A model generated the notes under the pieces. The model searched no databases. It was not told the origin of the DNA and saw only the letters and a program-made list of their open reading frames with translations. A program made the position numbers and the translations under genes. Shown here one piece after another: positions 15,071 to 22,929 of a stretch of 25,029 bases of DNA (positions are counted from its first letter, which is position 1; every line of letters starts with the position of its first letter). The stretch comes from a bacterium (lineage in GTDB: Bacteria; Bacillota; Clostridia; Christensenellales; Aristaeellaceae): contig CAVFPH010000024.1 of the NCBI GenBank assembly GCA_963624325.1, positions 1-25,029 on the forward strand, given 5' to 3'.

Positions 15071-16387
15071 ATGATGATTTCTTATTCTCTTCCTGCGCTG
15101 CGCTTTGATGTAATTGTTGTGGGAGGCGGTCCTTCCGGCATTGGTGCCGCGGTAGCCGCCGCACGCATGGGTGCCCGCACCGCACTGCTGGAACGCAGCG
15201 GGCTGCTTGGCGGCATGCTGACAGCCGGGCAGGTGCAGCCCATTCTGGGAAGTGTCGCCCAGGGCAGCTTCTATGATGAAGTCGTATCGCTGCTGGCCGA
15301 AGGACACCAGGACGTACCCCTGATTTCCACCCGCAACGGGCGTGAAATCCACGTGGATGTGGAGGAGGCCAAGGAGCGTCTTCTCCGTCTGACGCATGAG
15401 AGCGGCGCGGAAATATTCCTGCACACCCCGGTTGTGGAGGTGCTGAAGGATGATCGCCGTGTGATCGGCGTCGTCGCAGGCACCGCAATGGGACTGCAGG
15501 AAATGTACGCCGATACGGTGATTGATGCAACAGGCGACGGCTTTGCTGCCATGCGCGCCGGGGCAAAATACCGCATCGGGCGTGAGCAGGACGGCCGCTG
15601 CCAGCCTGTCACAATTGAATTTCTGGTAGACCATTTGGACGAAAACCGCGCGATTTCCTGCTTTGGCGGCAGCGATCCCGTCACCCTGCCCGACGGCAAA
15701 AAATACAGCCAGCTGTGCCGCGAGTGCTGCGAGCGCGGCGAGCTGCCCCAGAACGTATCCATCGTGCGCTTGCACAAAACCTTCTATCCCGGCGAACGCA
15801 ATGTGAATGCCACGCAGGCAAACGGGCTGGATATCTTCAATCCGCAGGATGCCGTGAAGGCCGAATTGACCCTGCGCGCGCAAATGGACAAGATCATCGC
15901 TTTCCTGCGCAAGTATGTGCCCGGCTATGAAAACTGCCGCGTCAAGTCCTCCGCCGCCACGCTGGGCGTACGCGAGACGCGCCGCATCGAGGGCCTGCGC
16001 CGTATCGAGGATATCGATGTGGAAACAGGCACCCGCTGCGCCGATGTGGTGGTGCACAAGGCATGGTTCCTGATCGATATTCACAATCCCGCAGGCGGCG
16101 GTCAGGCGGAAGGGCATTCTCAACCTGCCGTTCCTTATGACATTCCCTACGGTGCTTTGGTTCCCGCCGGCGTGGACGGCATGCTGACCGCTGGGCGCTG
16201 CATCAGCGGCACGCACCGCGCGCACGCATCCTACCGCGTGATGGCCATCTGTCTGGCAACCGGTCAAGCGGCGGGCACGGCAGCCGCGCTGTGTGCAAAG
16301 CACAAGCAGCTTCCGCGGGAGCTGGATTACCATCTGGTGCAGGACGCCCTCAAGCGTGCCGGCTGCACGCTGTTTGATCAAGAATGA
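15071..16387 (+). CDS. FAD-dependent oxidoreductase (FAD_oxidored/PF12831-like), paralog 1
   Basis: 438 aa with an N-terminal dinucleotide fold DVIVVGGGPSGIGAAVAAARMGARTALLE. Also DATGDG, LRKYVPGYENC, GVRETRRIEG, IPYGALVP, TAGRCIS and GQAAGTAAA. The family assignment is from motif memory only. Confidence 0.8.
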   Translation: MMISYSLPALRFDVIVVGGGPSGIGAAVAAARMGARTALLERSGLLGGMLTAGQVQPILGSVAQGSFYDEVVSLLAEGHQDVPLISTRNGREIHVDVEEAKERLLRLTHESGAEIFLHTPVVEVLKDDRRVIGVVAGTAMGLQEMYADTVIDATGDGFAAMRAGAKYRIGREQDGRCQPVTIEFLVDHLDENRAISCFGGSDPVTLPDGKKYSQLCRECCERGELPQNVSIVRLHKTFYPGERNVNATQANGLDIFNPQDAVKAELTLRAQMDKIIAFLRKYVPGYENCRVKSSAATLGVRETRRIEGLRRIEDIDVETGTRCADVVVHKAWFLIDIHNPAGGGQAEGHSQPAVPYDIPYGALVPAGVDGMLTAGRCISGTHRAHASYRVMAICLATGQAAGTAAALCAKHKQLPRELDYHLVQDALKRAGCTLFDQE

Positions 16388-17787
16388 TCGGAGAAAAGAC
16401 AAAAATGTACAATTTTTCCTGTGCGCTTGACACAAGCTATTCTGCCCAGGTGACGGTTGTGGGCGGCGGACCTGCCGGCGTATGCGCCGCCATTGCAGCC
16501 GCACGCAACGGCGCCAAAACGTTTCTGATCGAAAGCGGTAACTGCCTGGGCGGCATGGCAACGCTGGGTCAGGTTAACCCATTTATGACCTGCTATGATA
16601 AAGACGGCGACAACATGATCATCCGCGGCCTGTTTAAGGAAATTGTGGATCGTCTGGTTGCCCGCGGCGCCGCCATCGATCCCGGCGAAGTGCCGGCAGG
16701 ATCTGCCTTTACCTCCTATATCATCATCGGGCACAAGCACGTCACCCCCTTTGATGCCGAAACGCTCAAGGTCGTCCTGGATGAGATGTGCGCGGAAGCC
16801 GGCGTGCAGGTGCTTTTCCACAGCACGTTTGTCTCCCCCGTAATGGAGGAAAACCGCCTGACGGGCCTTGTCATCATGACCAAAGGCGGCTTAAAGCTGG
16901 TAAAGAGCGACATTGTAATCGACTGCACGGGCGATGCCGATATCGCCTGCCGCAGCGGTGTCCCCTGCGAAATGGGGGATGAAGCCAGCGGCCGCATCCA
17001 GCCCGTCACCATGTTTTTCCGCATCGCCAATGTGGATTCCGATAAGGTAGAGGCCGATATCGAAGCGAACCGCAATAACTTCTACCGCAAAGACGGCGTA
17101 AACTACCGCTCCTTCCATTGGCGGGTAGCAGAGGCGCGCGCCAACGGTGATTGGGACCTCCAGCGCGTATCCATCGGCATGTTCCGCGGCGTACGCAAGG
17201 ATGAGTGGAACATCAACACCTCCCGCATCATGGGCGTGGATGCTACCGATCCCGATCAGCTGTCCCATGCCGAAATCGAAGGACGCCAGCAGGTGCAGCA
17301 GATCTTCCGTTTCCTGAAAAAATACGTGCCCGGCTGCGAAAACGCGGTGCTGATGAGCACGCCTGCCCATGTCGGCGTCCGCGAAACGCGCCACATCAAG
17401 GGCGAATATACCCTGACAACCGATGATGTGCTGCACGGCGTCATCTTTGACGACAGCATTCTGCTGGCGGCCAACTCCATCGATGTTCACGGGCGCTTCG
17501 GCCCCATGAGTAACGAGTATGTCACGGTGGAGAATGGCGAATACTACGGCATTCCTTACCGCTGTCTTGTCCCCCTGAAGGTTGAAAATCTGCTGGTTGC
17601 CGGGCGCAGCGTATCGGCCACTTCCGAAGCCGCCGGCGCCATCCGCGTGATGCCCCCCTGCATGGCTTTGGGACAGGCTGCAGGCACTGCCGCCGCCCAG
17701 GCGGTTGCCGCCCACATTTCTCCGCGTCAGGTTGACGTACAGGCCCTGCGCAGCACCCTGGCCTCTCAGGGCGCCTATCTGGGCTGA
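16384..17787 (+). CDS. FAD-dependent oxidoreductase (FAD_oxidored/PF12831-like), paralog 2
   Basis: 467 aa, or 460 aa if it starts at ATG 16405 after GGAG. Motifs: VTVVGGGPAGVCAAIAAARNGAKTFLIE, DCTGDAD, LKKYVPGCENA, GVRETRHIKG, IPYRCLVP, VAGRSVS, GQAAGTAAA. ATG 16384 overlaps the paralog-1 stop (ATGA). Confidence 0.8.
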   Translation: MIGEKTKMYNFSCALDTSYSAQVTVVGGGPAGVCAAIAAARNGAKTFLIESGNCLGGMATLGQVNPFMTCYDKDGDNMIIRGLFKEIVDRLVARGAAIDPGEVPAGSAFTSYIIIGHKHVTPFDAETLKVVLDEMCAEAGVQVLFHSTFVSPVMEENRLTGLVIMTKGGLKLVKSDIVIDCTGDADIACRSGVPCEMGDEASGRIQPVTMFFRIANVDSDKVEADIEANRNNFYRKDGVNYRSFHWRVAEARANGDWDLQRVSIGMFRGVRKDEWNINTSRIMGVDATDPDQLSHAEIEGRQQVQQIFRFLKKYVPGCENAVLMSTPAHVGVRETRHIKGEYTLTTDDVLHGVIFDDSILLAANSIDVHGRFGPMSNEYVTVENGEYYGIPYRCLVPLKVENLLVAGRSVSATSEAAGAIRVMPPCMALGQAAGTAAAQAVAAHISPRQVDVQALRSTLASQGAYLG

Positions 17788-17848
17788 ACTGTTTTTGAAT
17801 GGTAAACGCTCCGGCGTTTCCCAAATATAAAAGAAAGAGGTATCCCCA

Positions 17849-19204
17849 ATGAAAAAGGCACTCGCTCTCCTGACCGCGTTGGTGCTGCTGCTGTGCGCCA
17901 TTCCCATGGCCATGGCAGAAGAACAGCCCGACATCACCTCCTGGATCCTCGCCGATGACCCCGCATCCATCAGCGGCACCGTCCGCTTCTGGATCCCCTT
18001 CAAGGGCTCGCAGGGCATGGACGATATGATCGCCGAGTTCAACGAGACCTACCCCAATGTTACCATCGAACTGCACACCTACAGCAACAACTCCGACGGC
18101 AACCTGTCCGTTGATGCCGCTTTGCTGAGCGGTGAAATCGATGTGCTGGCTTCCTTTGGCCTGAACAACTCCTATCGCCGCTGGGAAAACGGCCTGTACA
18201 TGGAATTGACCGACTACATCGAAAAGTACAACATCAGCCTGGTTGACAACTGGGGCACCGATGCCTACAAGTACGATGACACCTATTACACCTTCCCCTG
18301 CGGCGGCCTGAGCTACTATGTTTCCATCAACATGAACGATTGGAACGAGGCAGGCCTGGGCGAGCTGCCCACCGAATGGACCTGGGATGAGTACCTGGCT
18401 GCCAGCGCTGCCATGACCAAGAAGGATGCCGACGGCAACACCACCCTGTACGGCGGCTCTGACTACCACAGCGTTGACTACTTCACCTATGTATGGTATC
18501 AGGTATACGGCCATGATCACTACTATGGTGAAGACGGCCTGTCCAACTTCACCGATCCGCTGATGATCAACGCCCTCAAGCGCGAAATCAAGGCCGAAGA
18601 AGAAGACAAGATCTGGTACCCTCTGGAAGTGTACCGCAACGACAACATCCAGACGCAGGATGTGTTCATGGGCCACATCGCGGCATCTGCCATCAGCCCC
18701 AACATGATTCGTTTCGTCCGCGATACCGAAAAGTACAGCCGTGACTGGGTCACCGGTTTTGCCCCGTGGCCTGTTGAGGAAAAGGGCCAGACCAACTACA
18801 TGGCCGGCGTATCCAACTACTCTCACGCCGGCATCGCCGCCAACTGCGCCGATGAAGAGGCAGCCTGGTACTGGCTGGCCTGGTACTCCACCTATGGTTC
18901 CCGCTACCTGATCTGCGCCGGCCACCAGTCCTCCTGGAAGGGCACCGACACCGACGCCCTGGTTGAACTGGTATTCGGCAGTGAAGAAGAAGCCGCGAAG
19001 CTGGTGGACGTTGAATCCTTCAAGCGCGTGGTTGTCAACTATGACAATCCTCCCTACACCGACACCATCCTGACCGCTTATACCGAAGTCACCAGCGCAA
19101 TCAACGAATATACCCGTTATGCGCATCAGGGTCTGATGACCCCCGAAGAAGCCATGGCGCAGGCCAAGGAAGTCGCTGACGAGGCTATCCGGAACGCCGA
19201 TTGA
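17849..19204 (+). CDS. Carbohydrate ABC transporter substrate-binding protein (CUT1/family-1 SBP)
   Basis: 451 aa with signal peptide MKKALALLTALVLLLCAIPMAMA/EE. Size and Trp/Tyr-rich composition are typical of sugar SBPs. Two CUT1 permeases follow. Confidence 0.9.
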   Translation: MKKALALLTALVLLLCAIPMAMAEEQPDITSWILADDPASISGTVRFWIPFKGSQGMDDMIAEFNETYPNVTIELHTYSNNSDGNLSVDAALLSGEIDVLASFGLNNSYRRWENGLYMELTDYIEKYNISLVDNWGTDAYKYDDTYYTFPCGGLSYYVSINMNDWNEAGLGELPTEWTWDEYLAASAAMTKKDADGNTTLYGGSDYHSVDYFTYVWYQVYGHDHYYGEDGLSNFTDPLMINALKREIKAEEEDKIWYPLEVYRNDNIQTQDVFMGHIAASAISPNMIRFVRDTEKYSRDWVTGFAPWPVEEKGQTNYMAGVSNYSHAGIAANCADEEAAWYWLAWYSTYGSRYLICAGHQSSWKGTDTDALVELVFGSEEEAAKLVDVESFKRVVVNYDNPPYTDTILTAYTEVTSAINEYTRYAHQGLMTPEEAMAQAKEVADEAIRNAD

Positions 19205-19237
19205 TCCCGCTGCATGGCAGATTGAAGCTGCACAGCT

Positions 19238-19267
19238 CCCTCCCGCGCGGGCAACCGCGCGGGAGGG
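19238..19267 (+). promoter_or_regulatory. Perfect 13-bp GC-rich intercistronic stem-loop (no U-tract) after the SBP gene
   Basis: CCCTCCCGCGCGG-GCAA-CCGCGCGGGAGGG. It lies 34 nt after the SBP stop and about 35 nt before the permease start. It is probably an mRNA stabiliser or processing barrier rather than a full terminator. Confidence 0.6.
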
Positions 19268-19300
19268 CATTACCCTGAAGAAATGAGGAAGAATATCATC

Positions 19301-20230
19301 ATGTCAAACTCCGATATTGCAGCCCGTAAGCAGCTGACACGGCGCACCAGCGCCCTGCAGCGGCAGGAAAACCTCATCGGCTATGCCTTCATCCTGCCTG
19401 CACTGTTCGTATTTCTGGTTTTCGTCGCCTTCCCCTTCTTTGCCTCCATCGGACTTTCCTTTACCAAGTGGAATTTCCTGGGCGGCTGGAAAAAACTCAA
19501 ATGGGTAGGGCTGAAAAACTTCGTGGATCTATCGAAGGATCGTTCCTTCCGTCAGGCCTTCGTCAACACCTTCATCTACGCCATTACCACCGTTCCCACC
19601 TCCATTTTGCTGGCACTGGTGCTGGCCTACATCCTCAACAACAAAGTCTATTGCAGAAAGCTGCTGCGCATGGCCTTCTTTGTCCCCTACATCTCCAGCG
19701 CCGTGGCTTTGGCCGCCGTGTTTAAGTTTATGTTCCGCGATGACGGCGTGATCAACTCCGTGCTGATGTCCCTGGGCGTAGCCAACCCACCACAATGGTT
19801 TGTTAATCTGAGTCTGAATAAAATCCCGGTAATCGTCATGGTCATTTGGACGGCCATCGGCTATGAGCTGGTCATCTACATGTCCGCCCTGCAGAGCGTG
19901 CCCACCAGCCTGTATGAGGCTGCCGATATCGATCGGGCCAGCAATGTGCAGAAGTTCTTCTACATTACATTGCCCATGGTATCCCCAACCACCTTCTATC
20001 TGGTCATCGTGCGTATGATTGCGGTGTTCAAAATCTTCACCTCCGTCAACGTTATGACCATGGGATCGCACTCCCGCGCCAACACCTCTATGGTGCTTGA
20101 AATTTACAGCAGCGCCTTTGGCAGCTACAAATTCGGTTATGCCGCTGCACAGTCCATGGTGCTGTTTGTACTGATTTTGATTATCACCCTGCTTAACTTC
20201 TGGGGACAGAAGAAGTGGGTTCATTACTGA
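19301..20230 (+). CDS. Carbohydrate ABC transporter permease (MalF/AraP-like)
   Basis: Multi-TM with EAA loop (LQSVPTSLYEAADIDRASNVQKFFYITLP). A GAGGAAG RBS favours ATG 19301. The ORF is open from ATG 19283. Confidence 0.9.
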   Translation: MSNSDIAARKQLTRRTSALQRQENLIGYAFILPALFVFLVFVAFPFFASIGLSFTKWNFLGGWKKLKWVGLKNFVDLSKDRSFRQAFVNTFIYAITTVPTSILLALVLAYILNNKVYCRKLLRMAFFVPYISSAVALAAVFKFMFRDDGVINSVLMSLGVANPPQWFVNLSLNKIPVIVMVIWTAIGYELVIYMSALQSVPTSLYEAADIDRASNVQKFFYITLPMVSPTTFYLVIVRMIAVFKIFTSVNVMTMGSHSRANTSMVLEIYSSAFGSYKFGYAAAQSMVLFVLILIITLLNFWGQKKWVHY

Positions 20231-20247
20231 GAAAGGAGGCTGCTCAA

Positions 20248-21081
20248 ATGAAAAAGAACGAGAGAAATGCCGCAATCATCCGTACCGTCATCGTGGCGTT
20301 GGTTGCTGTGCTGTTTGTTATGCCGCTGGTCTGGATGGTTTTGTCCTCTCTAAAGACCCCGCAGGAAGTATTTGCACGTCCCTTCCATTGGTTGCCCGCC
20401 AAGGTTCAGTGGCAAAACTATGCTTCCGTGTGGATGAACGAGGAAGCCTCCATGCTGCGTGCCTTTATCAACACGCTCTACATCGCCCTGTTCAGCATTA
20501 CGGGACAGATGCTCATCTCTTCCCTGGCCGCCTATTCCTTTGCCAAAATCAATTTCAAGGGCAAGAATTTTATCTTCCTGCTCTTCCTGTCCTCCATGAT
20601 GATTCCCAGCCAGGTAACCATTATCCCCCGTTTCATGCTGTTTAAGACCATCGGTCTGTACAATAACCTCTGGGCGATCATCCTGCCTGCCTTCTTCGGC
20701 GCCACCTCCATCTTCATGCTCCGTCAGTTCTACATGGGGCTTCCCAATGACCTGATCGAGGCTGCGAAGATCGATGGTGCCGGCCATCTGCGCATCTTTG
20801 TGCGCATCATGCTCCCCCTGACCAAGGCTGCGCTGATGTCGCTGATCATCCTGGCCTTCATCAGCAGCTGGAATGAGTACATGGGGCCGTTGATTTTCCT
20901 GGTAAAGAAGGAATTGTACACCGTTTCGCAGAATATACAATGGTACATGCTGGACGAGTACAAGGAGCACAACCTGACCATGGCCGCCGCAACCAGCGCC
21001 ATCGTGCCCATCGTGATCCTATTTATCGTCGGGCAGAAATACTTTGTTGAAGGTATCGCCACTTCCGGCGTAAAGGGTTGA
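20248..21081 (+). CDS. Carbohydrate ABC transporter permease (MalG/AraQ-like)
   Basis: Multi-TM with EAA loop (LPNDLIEAAKIDGAGHLRIFVRIMLP). AGGAGG at 20233-20238 supports ATG 20248. The ORF is open from 20215. Confidence 0.9.
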   Translation: MKKNERNAAIIRTVIVALVAVLFVMPLVWMVLSSLKTPQEVFARPFHWLPAKVQWQNYASVWMNEEASMLRAFINTLYIALFSITGQMLISSLAAYSFAKINFKGKNFIFLLFLSSMMIPSQVTIIPRFMLFKTIGLYNNLWAIILPAFFGATSIFMLRQFYMGLPNDLIEAAKIDGAGHLRIFVRIMLPLTKAALMSLIILAFISSWNEYMGPLIFLVKKELYTVSQNIQWYMLDEYKEHNLTMAAATSAIVPIVILFIVGQKYFVEGIATSGVKG

Positions 21082-21089
21082 TCTTCCTT

Positions 21090-22754
21090 ATGAATTCTCC
21101 CTGCACAATCGGTATTGACTTTGGTACCCAGTCCGCCCGCGCCGTGCTGTGCCGTATATCGGACGGTGCGGTGCTGGCGGAATCCGAATGCGCCTATGCC
21201 CACGGCGTCATGACAGATCATTTGCCGGACGGCACCCTCCTGCCCCCCGATTATGCACTGCAGCACCCGCAGGACTTTCTGGATGCGCTGCACAGCACCG
21301 TGCATGGGGTACTGGATCATGCCGGCATTGATCCTGCCGCCGTCATCGGCATCGGCATGGATTTCACCTGCAGCACCCCAATGCCCGTAGGCAAAAATGG
21401 GGTGCCGCTTTGCTTTGACCCGCGGTTTGAAAGCAATCCGCATGCCTATATCAAGCTTTGGAAACATCATGCCGCGCAGTGGGAAGCCGAGCGTTTGACC
21501 GAGCTGATGCGTGAGCATGACCCCGAGCTGCTTGCCCGGGTGGGCGGCAAGCTGTCCCCCGAGGCTTTTTTCCCGAAAGTCTGGCAGATACTGCGCGAAG
21601 CACCCGATGTATTTGATGCCGCCGACCGTTTTCTGGAGGTCGGCGACTGGCTGACGCAGCAGCTTACCGGTAATGAGAATATCGCCCGTGCCCTTTCGGC
21701 ACATAAAGCGCAGTACCGGGAAGGCATCGGCTATCCGCCGCTGCTTCAATATGCCGACCCGCGCCTTTCGGAGATGATCGGCACTAAAATTCGCGGAAAG
21801 CTCATTGATATCGGGGCAATCAGCGGCTTTTTGACTGCTGAGAAGGCTGCATGGCTAGGCCTGCCGGCAGGCATTGCCGTCACGGCGCCCCATCCCGATG
21901 CAATGGCCACCCTGCCCGCCCTCGACATTACCGGGCCCGGTCCGGCCGCTTTGGCTGCGGGTACCTCATCTGCCTTGATATTGTGTTTTCCCAAGGTTCT
22001 GCCCGTAAAGGGCACCACCAGCATCATGTCGGATAACGCCCTGCCGGGCCAGTACGGCTATGCCTCCGGCCAGGCCGCCTTCGGCGATCTGCTTGGATGG
22101 TTCGTGCATCAGTGCGTTCCCGAGGATATTGTCCGTGCTGCACAGACTGCCGGTGTTTCGGTTCACGAGGAGCTGTCCCGCCGTGCCGCCCTGCTGCGCC
22201 CGGGCGAAAGCGGGCTGATTGCCCTGGATTGGTGGAACGGCAACCGTTCCTGCCTGGCAGACATGACGCTTAGCGGCATGCTGCTTGGCATGACGCTGCA
22301 GACCAAGCCGTGGGAAATCTACCGTGCCCTGATGGAGGCACTTGGCTTTGGGCTTCGCTGCATCATAGAGGAGCATGAGCGCGCCGGCATCCCCATCCGC
22401 GCCCTGCACGTCAGCGGCGGCATCTCCTACAAAAATCCGCTGTTTATGCAGCTGCTTGCCACCATCATCGGCCGTCCGCTGCTGATTTCAAAGCCTCTTC
22501 CTACCCCGGCCGTCGGCATGGCCATCCTCTCCGCCTGTGCGGCAGGCAGTCAAAGGGGCGGTTATGACATTTTGTCGGATGCCGCAGCGCACATGGGCTG
22601 TCTGAGCGATACCCGCTATCAACCGGATCTGTCCGAGGCCCCGGCCTATGATGCGCTCTATCGCGAGTACATGACTCTGCATGATTATTTCGGAAGGGGC
22701 GGCAACGATGTGATGAAGCATCTGCGTGCCCTCTCCGCCAAGGCCAAGGAATAA
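21090..22754 (+). CDS. araB: L-ribulokinase-type FGGY carbohydrate kinase
   Basis: Collinear with B. subtilis and E. coli AraB: TIGIDFGTQSARAV, DYALQHPQDF, IGIGMDFTCSTPMP, AYIKLWKHHAAQWEAERL, IALDWWNGNRSCLAD..SGMLLGMTLQTKPWEIYRALMEA, YDALYREYMTLHDYFGRGGNDVMKHL. An alternative TTG start at 21078 overlaps the permease stop. Confidence 0.85.
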   Translation: MNSPCTIGIDFGTQSARAVLCRISDGAVLAESECAYAHGVMTDHLPDGTLLPPDYALQHPQDFLDALHSTVHGVLDHAGIDPAAVIGIGMDFTCSTPMPVGKNGVPLCFDPRFESNPHAYIKLWKHHAAQWEAERLTELMREHDPELLARVGGKLSPEAFFPKVWQILREAPDVFDAADRFLEVGDWLTQQLTGNENIARALSAHKAQYREGIGYPPLLQYADPRLSEMIGTKIRGKLIDIGAISGFLTAEKAAWLGLPAGIAVTAPHPDAMATLPALDITGPGPAALAAGTSSALILCFPKVLPVKGTTSIMSDNALPGQYGYASGQAAFGDLLGWFVHQCVPEDIVRAAQTAGVSVHEELSRRAALLRPGESGLIALDWWNGNRSCLADMTLSGMLLGMTLQTKPWEIYRALMEALGFGLRCIIEEHERAGIPIRALHVSGGISYKNPLFMQLLATIIGRPLLISKPLPTPAVGMAILSACAAGSQRGGYDILSDAAAHMGCLSDTRYQPDLSEAPAYDALYREYMTLHDYFGRGGNDVMKHLRALSAKAKE

Positions 22755-22768
22755 TTTTCGCTCTCTGC

Positions 22769-22800
22769 TGCCCGCAGTCGTCCTCGATTGCGGGCATTTT
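22769..22800 (+). terminator. Rho-independent terminator after araB
   Basis: TGCCCGCA, a 12-nt loop, then TGCGGGCA, followed by TTTTGTTG. It lies 15 nt after the stop at 22754. Confidence 0.65.
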
Positions 22801-22866
22801 GTTGTCAATAAGCCCTATCTCAACCGTTCTGCTGCCGCATACCCGATTTCTGCCATTTTCGCTCTC

Positions 22867-22895
22867 TTGCGCATCTCGGTCGGATATGTTATCAT
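22867..22895 (+). promoter_or_regulatory. Possible promoter of the metallophosphoesterase/EamA pair
   Basis: TTGCGC, a 17-nt spacer, then TATCAT. It lies about 35 nt upstream of GTG 22930. Confidence 0.35.
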
Positions 22896-22929
22896 ATCTC
22901 TGTTTTTTACAGAGAAAGGAGCTGATTAT

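Noticed and set aside
17804-17819. Small hairpin AAACGC-TCCG-GCGTTT between flavoenzyme 2 and the SBP gene as a terminator
   Set aside because: The stem is only 6 bp and there is no U-tract (CCCAAATA follows). The genes look co-transcribed.
3301-21749. Many long antisense ORFs: 3301-3924, 3940-4560, 4553-5716, 5638-6579, 7073-8038, 8056-8841, 9383-10903 (506 aa), 11014-12033, 15053-16561 (502 aa), 16891-18042, 17522-19270 (582 aa), 19529-20275 and 20730-21749
   Set aside because: Each lies opposite a gene with clear family motifs, RBS and operon context. Their translations are low-complexity (G/A/R/H/Q/V rich) with no domain signatures. Several 'start' inside hairpins or intergenic structures. 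I treat them as stop-codon-poor shadow frames, not overlapping genes. Ribo-seq would be needed to argue otherwise.
22755-22867. Direct repeat TTTTCGCTCTCT (22755-22766 and 22856-22867) plus repeated CTGCTGCC in the araB-phosphoesterase spacer
   Set aside because: The copies are short, there are only two, and they are separated by unrelated sequence. This is explainable by chance or a local duplication, and there is no associated structure or ORF.
22726-22929. 68-codon N-terminal extension of the metallophosphoesterase ORF (the 357-aa form)
   Set aside because: The extension starts inside araB and reads through the araB terminator hairpin and a promoter-like region. A good AAGGAG RBS precedes the in-frame GTG at 22930, and the conserved domain begins after that point.
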